Shown: piece after piece, positions 23,807-36,700 of the stretch | Layout of the letters: each line of letters starts with the position of its first letter | How positions within the stretch are numbered: position 1 is the first letter of the stretch | Assembly: GCA_964016885.1 (NCBI GenBank) | Contig: OZ024750.1 | Location: 31,000,001-31,064,000, forward strand | Origin: Eledone cirrhosa | Lineage: Eukaryota | Length of the DNA stretch: 64,000 bases | Direction of reading: 5' to 3' | Made by a program: the position numbers and the translations under genes | Notes under the pieces: model-generated | Databases searched by the model: none | What the model was told of the DNA's origin: nothing | Seen by the model: only the letters and a program-made list of their open reading frames with translations

Positions 23807-23919
23807 GGAACCAGTAAGACCCCGACGGCTGAGCTCAAGCCGTTTCGACGGCTAATTCAGGACTCAATTAGCCGTCGAAACGGCTTGAGCTCAGCCGTTG
23901 GGGTCTTACTGGTTCCTAT
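23803..23919. repeat. Near-perfect hairpin (~54-bp stem, 8-nt loop) in a ~190-bp element inside (TA)n
   Basis: ataggaaccagtaagaccccgacggctgagctcaagccgtttcgacggctaatt-caggactc-aattagccgtcgaaacggcttgagctcagccgttggggtcttactggttcctat, with one mismatch. Confidence 0.93.
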
Positions 23920-23995
23920 TACCCACTCTACTACCCTAAGTATTGAGTACTTTGGTGCGTTATGGTCCACCTGGTTCCTTACCACATTTCCTTCG

Positions 23996-24027
<32 letters not shown>

Positions 24028-24275
24028 CGAATAACGTGACTAAAAGAGAATAGAAAAGGAATAATCAAACCAAAAACAATAATTGATGTGTTATTTAAAT
24101 AAGAAGAGTTTGAATTGTCTGTAATGCCTATTGATCGAACACTACTATATTTATTGATCGAACACATACTATATTTATTGATTTTGACATTATTTTATAT
24201 CTTTTATCGAATAATAGCTGCGAAATTGCAATATAATACATATGCAAATGTAAGAGATAACGAAACTGAATGTTT

Positions 24276-24277
<2 letters not shown>

Positions 24278-24334
<57 letters not shown>

Positions 24335-24443
24335 CTCTCTCTATCTATTTATCTATCTATCTATCTAACCATATATCTATCTATATATCTTTGTATCTCT
24401 CCGCCCCTAATCTCTCTCTCTTTATCTATCTATCTATCTATCT
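24278..24443. repeat. (CT)n and (TCTA)n microsatellite
   Basis: Direct reading. Confidence 0.95.
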
Positions 24444-24886
24444 GAGGTTATATGGTGGACGAGATTGAGAGGACTGAGGACAGATGCCTTTCTCTCCGGA
24501 CAACAATTGATTCCCTTCTTTAGGTACCACTTTAGAAGAAGAATCAGAGTGGAGGGAGAGGCACTGCACCCCAGTAAATTTACTGAAAGGTGGGTGAATG
24601 AAGCGAAAATGGCCCGAGTGATTGGGCCTTCTCTGTTTATAAGCCTGTAGGTTAAAGAAGAGAGCAAAAGGAAGAAGGGAGCACTTGCACAACACGCTCC
24701 TGAAGTTGAGGGTTGTTCTATCGACGGGGTATTAAACAACCTATTTGTGGTGTCTCCCCCCTATTGGGGATTTCGATTGTCATAATTGTTTGTTTTATAT
24801 TTTTTTTTTACACGACTGTAAAATCCCCGGTATGTGTCTTTGTATTGTCCCCTTTTCTTGTGCGCCCTTGTGACAAATAAAGAAAT
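24444..24886 (+). mobile_element. L1/Tx1-clade LINE 3' fragment, copy 1
   Basis: Open frame 'EVIWWTRLRG...FRYHFRRRIRVE...FTERW...SL*', then a U-rich 3'UTR and aataaa. Flanked by (TCTA)n. Confidence 0.75.
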
Positions 24887-24912
24887 ATATCTATCTATCT
24901 ATCTATCTATCT

Positions 24913-25398
24913 AATAGCCATGGCGAAAGAGGTTGTATGGTGGACGCGTCTGAAAGGACTGAGGTCGGGCACCTTTCTCTCTGGCCAACAACTGGTCCGT
25001 TTCTTCCGATATCATTTCGGAAGAAGGATCAGGATGGAGAGAGAGGTGCTGCACCCCAGCCGTTTCTATGAAAGATGGGTGAAAGTGGCGAGAATGGCCC
25101 GTGTGAATGGGCCTTCACTCTACATCAGACTATAGGTGAGGAAGATGAAAGACCAAGGGAGCACCCCTTCTCTGTGCTCCTGAGGAGAAGGGTTGCACAC
25201 TTTTTTCGGGGGTGTGTGCGACCCCCCAAGGCGCCTCCTCTCTATTGAGGATTTTGTTAAAAATTTTATTTTTTGTTATATCTTATTTTATTTTTATATT
25301 TTGTTATTGCCTTCTCCTTATTGAGGACGCCTTTTTGTGTAAACTCCCCCCTTTGTACTTGTCCCACTTTTGATGCCCTAGTGGCAAATAAAAGAAAT
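24913..25398 (+). mobile_element. L1/Tx1-clade LINE 3' fragment, copy 2
   Basis: 'AMAKEVVWWTRLKG...FYERW...IRL*', resembling the AKxxIWxxR...FxxxW C-terminus of Tx1 ORF2. Ends 'aaataaaagaaa' followed by (TATC)n. Confidence 0.75.
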
Positions 25399-25399
25399 A

Positions 25400-25430
<31 letters not shown>

Positions 25431-25945
25431 ATATGTAACATTATACCTATCTATCTAACCATATATCTATCTATCTAACCATCTATCTATCTATCTCTCC
25501 AGTTATTTATTTATTTGTTTATTTAATTATTTGTTTATTTACTTATTCATCATTTTCAAAGGAGCCGACAATCTCATTTGCGTTTTCCTCTTATAACTTC
25601 AATTTAATTCTTTTATGAGATAGCTTTGAAAGAATTAGACAGGTTAGCATATAAAGACTTCATTTGCAGTTAGGCGTCTTTCACCAGTGATAATAATAAA
25701 ATTGGTCAAACGGTGCAGCGTGTGAATACGTTTCTTTACAATCCAGACTAACTGCTATGGTTTGAGAGATGAGATTGGTTAAATAGGTCACTGTATGAAT
25801 ATTTCTTCTCAGAGACAAATCACATCAAAGAAGTTTAACATAGATCTGCAAAATAACAAATTATGCGTAAACCTTACATTGATTGTGCTACTTAGTATAC
25901 ATAGTGTGTATATATATATATATATAAAAATGAAATAGAGAAATT

Positions 25946-26133
25946 AATTGTTTCTACTTTTGGCACATGGCCAGCAATTGCCCAGTACATTACTGGTACT
26001 TTATTTTATCGACCCCGTAAGGATGAAAGGCAAAGTCAACCTCGGCGGGATTTGAACTCAGATCGTAAAGGGACGTAACTATGCTGGAAAGCATGGCGTC
26101 CGACCCCCCACCGATACTGCCAATCCACCGCCC
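25946..26133 (-). mobile_element. Young full-length SINE with 18-bp TSD
   Basis: tgaaatagagaaattaat at 25931-25948 and 26135-26152. Confidence 0.93.
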
Positions 26134-26606
26134 TTGAAATAGAGAAATTAATGTAAGCAAGAAGCCGTATTAAATCAATGAAGGATCAGACATGTAAGTG
26201 ACTATTAGTATATTTTCATTTCATAAAGGCGGTCAGGTAAGATTGGCGAGAGAAAGAGAGAGAGGGGAGAGGGAGATGGTGTGGGAGATGGAGAGGGAGT
26301 GAGAGACAGAGAGAGCTTTGACTTCTATTTCTAGCAGTGTGATCAACTATCTAGTGTCATCCTCGTTACGTTGCGCTAGGTGTGGTATATTTTCGTAGTG
26401 CTAAATTTTGTAAACAATCCTGAAACTATTAGTTTAAGATGAATCCGTATTAAATCAATGAAGGATCAAACTTGGAAAGCTTCGGTTCATGATAATAGAA
26501 AATATCCTTATTATGAAGTTGACATTATGTTAAACTGTATTGTATTGTACTTCAGATGTATCGGCTACTTCAGCTTCTCTCTAAGACTTAACATTGTCTC
26601 ATGTCA

Positions 26607-26643
<37 letters not shown>

Positions 26644-27720
26644 TTTTTTTTTTAAATATATATATGGCGTTAGGAACTATTCAATGTCTTCGTATTTATT
26701 TAGATGACACGAACAATTTTTAGCGAGAAGTTAGATGAAAGGACGGAAATTGACTTCTATGGAAATAAATATGAATTTTCCGTTTGAAGAAATAATAGCT
26801 TTTCATCTCTTTTCATGTTTTATACTAACATTTCTTCCTTCAACTTCAAGGTGGTCATTTCTCTGTATAATTCAACGACCAATGGAAGTTTCCAGCAAAT
26901 ATGATAAATAATATTTTTCTTGCGAAGAATATAAGAAAAACAAAGAGAGTCTAATTGAAGATACGCGAATTTTATTTTTCTTCTTACTTAGTAACCATTG
27001 TAGGAGAAAACATTGCTTGCAATATAATTGCAAATTGTTTGTGTACGAAACAGATTTAAAATAGATTGTAAGCAGTTCGCAGAATTCCAAATATAAATTA
27101 TTTATCAATCTCTTATTTGGTATTAAGTTTGACTGATTGACATAAAACTCAATGTACTAAGCTTAAAATAAAAGGAAAAGTAGTTATATCTATACATTCC
27201 ACTTGCAACACATAGCCAGAACCAATTAGATATAATGTTAAATTCTGTGGTTTTCATTTTAAGATAATAAACCCTTGTTAATTATTTATTTTATATTGTT
27301 AATTTTTCCTATTCGCATTAAAATGTTCATTTTGCTGTCTTTAGTAAAGTCGAAAGGAGATGATGCACACGTTTTGGTACAGGTAATTTTGCACAACTAT
27401 TTTGGCACTAAATCCATTTTGGAACCGACAGATATGGGAAAGGAGGTTTTGGCATTTTATTATTTTGTCATAATTCAAAGGTACAAATGAAAATAAATAT
27501 GAAACTATTTACCTTTTGGTTCTTACATATAATTCTCATCTGACAGAAATTAACAATGGTTGTTCTTTGTTGCATGTTTAATTTTTCTTTGATGGAATAT
27601 AACACTTATCTTGATAGGAACGTGGTGGTATTGTAAACTGGTATGGCTTGCATTTACCCGTTGCCCGATAAGGCGGCGCATTGACAGAGTTTTTAGTGTA
27701 CAGTAATATAATAGATACAT

Positions 27721-30700
27721 ACCTCTCTCAGAAGGGATAGACCTAGTGTACACTAACATAACATGTACAGACCTCTCTCAGAAGGGATAGACCTAGTGTA
27801 CACTAACATAACATGTACAGACCTCTCTCAGAAGGGATAGACCTAGTGTACACTAACATAACATGTAGAAACCTCTCTCAGAAGGGATAGACCTAGTGTA
27901 CACTAACATAACATGTAGAAACCTCTCTCAGAAGGGAAAGACCTAGTGTACACTAACATAACATGTACAGACCTCTCTCAGAAGGGATAGACCTAGTTTA
28001 CACTAACATAACATGTACAGACCTCTCTCAGAAGGGATAGACCTAGTGTACACTAACATAACATGTACAGACCTCTCCCAGAAGGGATAAACCTAGTGTA
28101 CACTAACATAACATGTAGAAACCTCTCCCAGAAGGGATAGACCTAGTGTACACTAACATAACATGTAGAAACCTCTCTCAGAAGGGATAGACCTAGTGTA
28201 CACTAACATAACATGTAGAAACCTCTCTCAGAAGGGATAGACCTAGTGTACACTAACATAACATGTAGAAACCTCTCTCAGAAGGGATAGACCTAGTGTA
28301 CACTAACATAACATGTAGAAACCTCTCTCAGAAGGGATAGACCTAGTGTACACTAACATAACATGTAGAAACCTCTCTCAGAAGGGATAGACCTAGTGTA
28401 CACTAACATAACATGTAGAAACCTCTCTCAGAAGGGATAGACCTAGTGTACACTAACATAACATGTAGAAACCTCTCCCAGAAGAGATAGACCTAGTGTA
28501 CACTAACATAACATGTAGAAACCTCTCTCAGAAGGGATAGACTTAGGGTACACTAACATAACATGTAGAAACCTCTCTCAGAAGGGATAGACCTAGTGTA
28601 CACTAACATAACATGTAGAAACCTCTCCCAGAAGAGATAGACCTAGTGTACACTAACATAACATGTACAGACCTCTCTCAGAAGAGATAGACCTAGTGTA
28701 CACTAACATAACATGTACAGACCTCTCCCAGAAGAGATAGACCTAGTGTACACTAACATAACATGTAGAAACCTCTCCCAGAAGAGATAGACCTAGTGTA
28801 CACTAACATAACATGTAGAAACCTCTCTCAGAAGGGATAGACCTAGTGTACACTAACATAACATGTACAGACCTCTCTCAGAAGAGATAGACTTAGTGTA
28901 CACTAACATAACATGTAGAAACCTCTCCCAGAAGAGATAGACCTAGTGTACACTAACATAACATGTACAGACCTCTCCCAGAAGAGATAGACCTAGTGTA
29001 CACTAACATAACATGTACAGACGTCTCCCAGAAGAGATAGAGCTAGTGTACACTAACATAACATGTAGAAACCTCTCTCAGAAGAGATAGACCTAGTGTA
29101 CACTAACATAACATGTACAGACCTCTCTCAGAAGAGATAGACCTAGTGTACACTAACATAACATGTAGAAACCTCTCTCAGAAGAGATAGACCTAGTGTA
29201 CACTAACATAACATATAGAAACCTCTCTCAGAAGAGATAAACCTAGTGTACACTAACATAACATGTAGAAACCTCTCTCAGAAGAGATAAACCTAGTGTA
29301 CACTAACATAACATGTACAGACCTCTCTCAGAAGAGATAGACCTAGTGTACACTAACATAACATGTAGAAACCTCTCTCAGAAGAGATAGACCTAGTGTA
29401 CACTAACATAACATGTAGAAACCTCTCTCAGAAGAGATAAACCTAGTGTACACTAACATAACATGTTCAGACCTCTCCCAGAAGAGATAGACCTAGTGTA
29501 CACTAACATAACATGTACAGACCTCTCTCAGAAGGGATAGACCTAGTGTACACTAACATAACATGTAGAAACCTCTCCCAGAAGAGATAAACCTAGTGTA
29601 CACTAACATAACATGTACAGACCTCTCTCAGAAGAGATAGACCTAGTGTACACTAACATAACATGTAGAAACCTCTCCCAGAAGAGATAGACCTAGTGTA
29701 CACTAACATAACATGTAGAAACCTCTCTCAGAAGAGATAGACCTAGTGTACACTAACATAACATGTACAGACCTCTCCCAGAAGAGATAGACCTAGTGTA
29801 CACTAAAATAAGATGTACAGACCTCTCTCAGAAGAGATAGACCTAGTGTACACTAACATAACATGTAGAAACCTCTCCCAGAAGAGATAGACCTAGTGTA
29901 CACTAACATAAGATGTACAGACCTCTCCCAGAAGAGATAGACCTAGTGTACACTAACATAACATGTAGAAACCTCTCCCAGAAGAGATAGACCTAGTGTA
30001 CAATAACATAAGATGTACAGACCTCTCTCAGAAGAGATAGACCTCGTGTACACTAACATAACATGTAGAAACCTCTCCCAGAAGAGATAGACCTAGTGTA
30101 CACTAACATAACATGTACAGACCTCTCCCAGAAGAGATAGACCTAGTGTACACTAAAATAAGATGTACAGACCTCTCTCAGAAGAGATAGACCTAGTGTA
30201 CACTAACATAACATGTAGAAACCTCTCTCAGAAGGGATAGACCTAGTGTACACTAACATAACATGTAGAAACCTCTCTCAGAAGGGATAGACCTAGTGTA
30301 CACTAACATAACATGTAGAAACCTCTCTCAGAAGGGATAGACCTAGTGTACACTAACATAACATGTAGAAACCTCTCTCAGAAGGGATAGACCTAGTGTA
30401 CACTAACGTAACATGTAGAAACCTCTCCCAGAAGAGATAGACCTAGTGTACACTAACATAACATGTAGAAACCTCTCTCAGAAGGGATAGACTTAGGGTA
30501 CACTAACATAACATGTAGAAACCTCTCTCAGAAGGGATAGACCTAGTGTACACTAACATAACATGTAGAAACCTCTCCCAGAAGAGATAGACCTAGTGTA
30601 CACTAACATAACATGTACAGACCTCTCTCAGAAGAGATAGACCTAGTGTACACTAACATAACATGTACAGACCTCTCCCAGAAGAGATAGACCTAGTGTA

Positions 30701-33700
30701 CACTAACATAACATGTAGAAACCTCTCCCAGAAGAGATAGACCTAGTGTACACTAACATAACATGTACAGACCTCTCTCAGAAGAGATAGACTTAGTGTA
30801 CACTAACATAACATGTAGAAACCTCTCTCAGAAGAGATAGACCTAGTGGACAGTAACATAACATGTACAGACCTCTCTCAGAAGAGATAGACCTAGTGTA
30901 CACTAACATAACATGTAGAAACCTCTCCCAGAATAGATAGACCTAGTGTACACTAACATAACATGTACAGACCTCTCCCAGAAGAGATAGACCTAGTGTA
31001 CACTAACATAACATGTAGAAACCTCTCCCAGAAGAGATAGACCTAGTGTACACTAACATAACATGTAGAAACCTCTCTCAGAAGGGATAGACCTAGTGTA
31101 CACTAACATAACATGTAGAAACCTCTCTCAGAAGAGATAGACCTAGTGTACACTAACATAACATGTAGAAACCTCTCTCAGAAGAGATAGACCTAGTGTA
31201 CACTAACATAACATGTAGAAACCTCTCTCAGAAGAGATAAACCTAGTGTACACTAACATAACATGTAGAAACCTCTCTCAGAAGAGATAGACCGAGTGTA
31301 CACTAACATAACATGTAGAAACCTCTCCCAGAAGAGATAGACCTAGTGTACACTAACATAACATGTAGAAACCTCTCTCAGAAGAGATAGACCTAGTGTA
31401 CACTAACATAACATGTAGAAACCTCTCTCAGAAGAGAAAGACCTAGTGTACACTAACATAACATGTAGAAACCTCTCTCCGAAGAGATAAACCTAGTGTA
31501 CACTAACATAACATGTAGAAACCTCTCCCAGAAGAGAAAGACCTAGTGTACACTAACATAACATGTAGAAACCTCTCTCAGAAGAGATAGACCTAGTGTA
31601 CACTAACATAACATGTAGAAACCTCTCTCAGAAGAGATAGACCTAGTGTACACTAACATAACATGTAGAAACCTCTCCCAGAAGAGATAGACCTAGTGTA
31701 CACTAACATAACATGTACAGACCTCTCCCAGAAGAGATAGACCTAGTGTACACTAACATAACATGTACAGACGTCTCCCAGAAGAGATAGACCTAGTGTA
31801 CACTAACATAACATGTAGAAACCTCTCTCAGAAGAGATAGACCTAGTGTACACTAACATAACATGTACAGACCTCTCTCAGAAGAGATAGACCTAGTGTA
31901 CACTAACATAACATGTAGAAACCTCTCTCAGAAGAGATAGACCTAGTGTACACTAACATAACATATAGAAACCTCTCTCAGAAGAGATAAACCTAGTGTA
32001 CACTAACATAACATGTAGAAACCTCTCTCAGAAGAGATAAACCTAGTGTACACTAACATAACATGTACAGACCTCTCTCAGAAGAGATAGACCTAGTGTA
32101 CACTAACATAACATGTAGAAACCTCTCTCAGAAGAGATAGACCTAGTGTACACTAACATAACATGTAGAAACCTCTCTCAGAAGAGATAAACCTAGTGTA
32201 CACTAACATAACATGTACAGACCTCTCCCAGAAGAGATAGACCTAGTGTACACTAACATAACATGTACAGACCTCTCTCAGAAGGGATAGACCTAGTGTA
32301 CACTAACATAACATGTAGAAACCTCTCCCAGAAGAGATAAACCTAGTGTACACTAACATAACATGTACAGACCTAGTGTACACTAACATAACATGTAGAA
32401 ACCTCTCCCAGAAGAGATAGACCTAGTGTACACTAACATAAGATGTACAGACCTCTCCCAGAAGAGATAGACCTAGTGTACACTAACATAACATGTAGAA
32501 ACCTCTCCCAGAAGAGATAGACCTAGTGTACACTAACATAACATGTACAGACCTCTCTCAGAAGAGATAGATCTAGTGTACACTAACATAACATGTACAG
32601 ACCTCTCTCAGAAGAGATAGACCTAGTGTACACTAACATAACATGTACAGACCTCTCTCAGAAGAGATAGACCTAGTGTACACTAACATAACATGTACAG
32701 ACCTCTCTCAGAAGAGACAGACCTAGTCTACACTAACATAAGATGTACAGACCTCTCTCAGAAGAGATAAACCTAGTGTACACTAACATAACATGTACAG
32801 ACCTCTCCCAGAAGAGATAGACCTAGTGTACACTAACATAACATGTACAGACGTCTCCCAGAAGAGATAGACCTAGTGTACACTAACATAACATGTAGAA
32901 ACCTCTCTCAGAAGAGATAGACCTAGTGTACACTAACATAACATGTACAGACCTCTCTCAGAAGAGATAGACCTAGTGTACACTAACATAACATGTAGAA
33001 ACCTCTCTCAGAAGAGATAGACCTAGTGTACACTAACATAACATATAGAAACCTCTCTCAGAAGAGATAAACCTAGTGTAAACTAACATAACATGTAGAA
33101 ACCTCTCTCAGAAGAGATAAACCTAGTGTACACTAACATAACATGTACAGACCTCTCTCAGAAGAGATAGACCTAGTGTACACTAACATAACATGTAGAA
33201 ACCTCTCTCAGAAGAGATAGACCTAGTGTACACTAACATAACATGTAGAAACCTCTCTCAGAAGAGATAAACCTAGTGTACACTAACATAACATGTTCAG
33301 ACCTCTCCCAGAAGAGATAGACCTAGTGTACACTAAAATAAGATGTACAGACCTCTCTCAGAAGAGATAGACCTAGTGTACACTAACATAACATGTAGAA
33401 ACCTCTCCCAGAAGAGATAGACCTAGTGTACACTAACATAAGATGTACAGACCTCTCCCAGAAGAGATAGACCTAGTGTACACTAACATAACATGTAGAA
33501 ACCTCTCCCAGAAGAGATAGACCTAGTGTACAATAACATAAGATGTACAGACCTCTCTCAGAAGAGATAGACCTCGTGTACACTAACATAACATGTAGAA
33601 ACCTCTCCCAGAAGAGATAGACCTAGTGTACACTAACATAACATGTAGAAACCTCTCTCAGAAGGGATAGACCTAGTGTACACTAACGTAACATGTAGAA

Positions 33701-36700
33701 ACCTCTCCCAGAAGAGATAGACCTAGTGTACACTAACATAACATGTAGAAACCTCTCTCAGAAGGGATAGACTTAGGGTACACTAACATAACATGTAGAA
33801 ACCTCTCTCAGAAGGGATAGACCTAGTGTACACTAACATAACATGTAGAAACCTCTCCCAGAAGAGATAGACCTAGTGTACACTAACATAACATGTACAG
33901 ACCTCTCTCAGAAGAGATAGACCTAGTGTACACTAACATAACATGTACAGACCTCTTCCAGAAGAGATAGACCTAGTGTACACTAACATAACATGTAGAA
34001 ACCTCTCCCAGAAGAGATAGACCTAGTGTACACTAACATAACATGTACAGACCTCTCTCAGAAGAGATAGACTTAGTGTACACTAACATAACATGTAGAA
34101 ACCTCTCTCAGAAGAGATAGACCTAGTGGACAGTAACATAACATGTACAGACCTCTCTCAGAAGAGATAGACCTAGTGTACACTAACATAACATGTAGAA
34201 ACCTCTCCCAGAATAGATAGACCTAGTGTACACTAACATAACATGTACAGACCTCTCCCAGAAGAGATAGACCTAGTGTACACTAACATAACATGTAGAA
34301 ACCTCTCCCAGAAGAGATAGACCTAGTGTACACTAACATAACATGTAGAAACCTCTCTCAGAAGGGATAGACCTAGTGTACACTAACATAACATGTAGAA
34401 ACCTCTCTCAGAAGAGATAGACCTAGTGTACACTAACATAACATGTAGAAACCTCTCTCAGAAGAGAAAGACCTAGTGTACACTAACATAACATGTAGAA
34501 ACCTCTCTCCGAAGAGATAAACCTAGTGTACACTAACATAACATGTAGAAACCTCTCCCAGAAGAGAAAGACCTAGTGTACACTAACATAACATGTAGAA
34601 ACCTCTCTCAGAAGAGATAGACCTAGTGTACACTAACATAACATGTAGAAACCTCTCTCAGAAGAGATAGACCTAGTGTACACTAACATAACATATAGAA
34701 ACCTCTCTCAGAAGAGATAAACCTAGTGTACACTAACATAACATGTAGAAACCTCTCTCAGAAGAGATAAACCTAGTGTACACTAACATAACATGTACAG
34801 ACCTCTCTCAGAAGAGATAGACCTAGTGTACACTAACATAACATGTAGAAACCTCTCTCAGAAGAGATAGACCTAGTGTACACTAACATAACATGTAGAA
34901 ACCTCTCTCAGAAGAGATAAACCTAGTGTACACTAACATAACATGTTCAGACCTCTCCCAGAAGAGATAGACCTAGTGTACACTAACATAACATGTACAG
35001 ACCTCTCTCAGAAGGGATAGACCTAGTGTACACTAACATAACATGTAGAAACCTCTCCCAGAAGAGATAAACCTAGTGTACACTAACATAACATGTACAG
35101 ACCTCTCTCAGAAGAGATAGACCTAGTGTACACTAACATAACATGTAGAAACCTCTCCCAGAAGAGATAGACCTAGTGTACACTAACATAACATGTAGAA
35201 ACCTCTCTCAGAAGAGATAGACCTAGTGTACACTAACATAACATGTACAGACCTCTCCCAGAAGAGATAGACCTAGTGTACACTAAAATAAGATGTACAG
35301 ACCTCTCTCAGAAGAGATAGACCTAGTGTACACTAACATAACATGTAGAAACCTCTCCCAGAAGAGATAGACCTAGTGTACACTAACATAAGATGTACAG
35401 ACCTCTCCCAGAAGAGATAGACCTAGTGTACACTAACATAACATGTAGAAACCTCTCCCAGAAGAGATAGACCTAGTGTACAATAACATAAGATGTACAG
35501 ACCTCTCTCAGAAGAGATAGACCTCGTGTACACTAACATAACATGTAGAAACCTCTCCCAGAAGAGATAGACCTAGTGTACACTAACATAACATGTACAG
35601 ACCTCTCCCAGAAGAGATAGACCTAGTGTACACTAAAATAAGATGTACAGACCTCTCTCAGAAGAGATAGACCTAGTGTACACTAACATAACATGTAGAA
35701 ACCTCTCTCAGAAGGGATAGACCTAGTGTACACTAACATAACATGTAGAAACCTCTCTCAGAAGGGATAGACCTAGTGTACACTAACATAACATGTAGAA
35801 ACCTCTCTCAGAAGGGATAGACCTAGTGTACACTAACATAACATGTAGAAACCTCTCTCAGAAGGGATAGACCTAGTGTACACTAACGTAACATGTAGAA
35901 ACCTCTCCCAGAAGAGATAGACCTAGTGTACACTAACATAACATGTAGAAACCTCTCTCAGAAGGGATAGACTTAGGGTACACTAACATAACATGTAGAA
36001 ACCTCTCTCAGAAGGGATAGACCTAGTGTACACTAACATAACATGTAGAAACCTCTCCCAGAAGAGATAGACCTAGTGTACACTAACATAACATGTACAG
36101 ACCTCTCTCAGAAGAGATAGACCTAGTGTACACTAACATAACATGTAGAAACCTCTCTCAGAAGGGATAGACCTAGTGTACACTAACATAACATGTAGAA
36201 ACCTCTCCCAGAATAGATAGACCTAGTGTACACTAACATAACATGTACAGACCTCTCCCAGAAGAGATAGACCTAGTGTACACTAACATAACATGTAGAA
36301 ACCTCTCCCAGAAGAGATAGACCTAGTGTACACTAACATAACATGTAGAAACCTCTCTCAGAAGGGATAGACCTAGTGTACACTAACATAACATGTAGAA
36401 ACCTCTCTCAGAAGAGATAGACCTAGTGTACACTAACATAACATGTAGAAACCTCTCTCAGAAGGGATAGACCTAGTGTACACTAACATAACATGTAGAA
36501 ACCTCTCTCAGAAGAGATAGACCTAGTGTACACTAACATAACATGTAGAAACCTCTCTCAGAAGAGATAGACCTAGTGTACACTAACATAACATGTAGAG
36601 ACCTCTCTCAGAAGAGATAAACCTAGTGTACACTAACATAACATGTAGAAACCTCTCTCAGAAGAGATAGACCGAGTGTACACTAACATAACATGTAGAA

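Noticed and set aside
28541-28550. TTAGGG telomeric motif in some satellite units
   Set aside because: Single hexamers created by point variants, never tandem.
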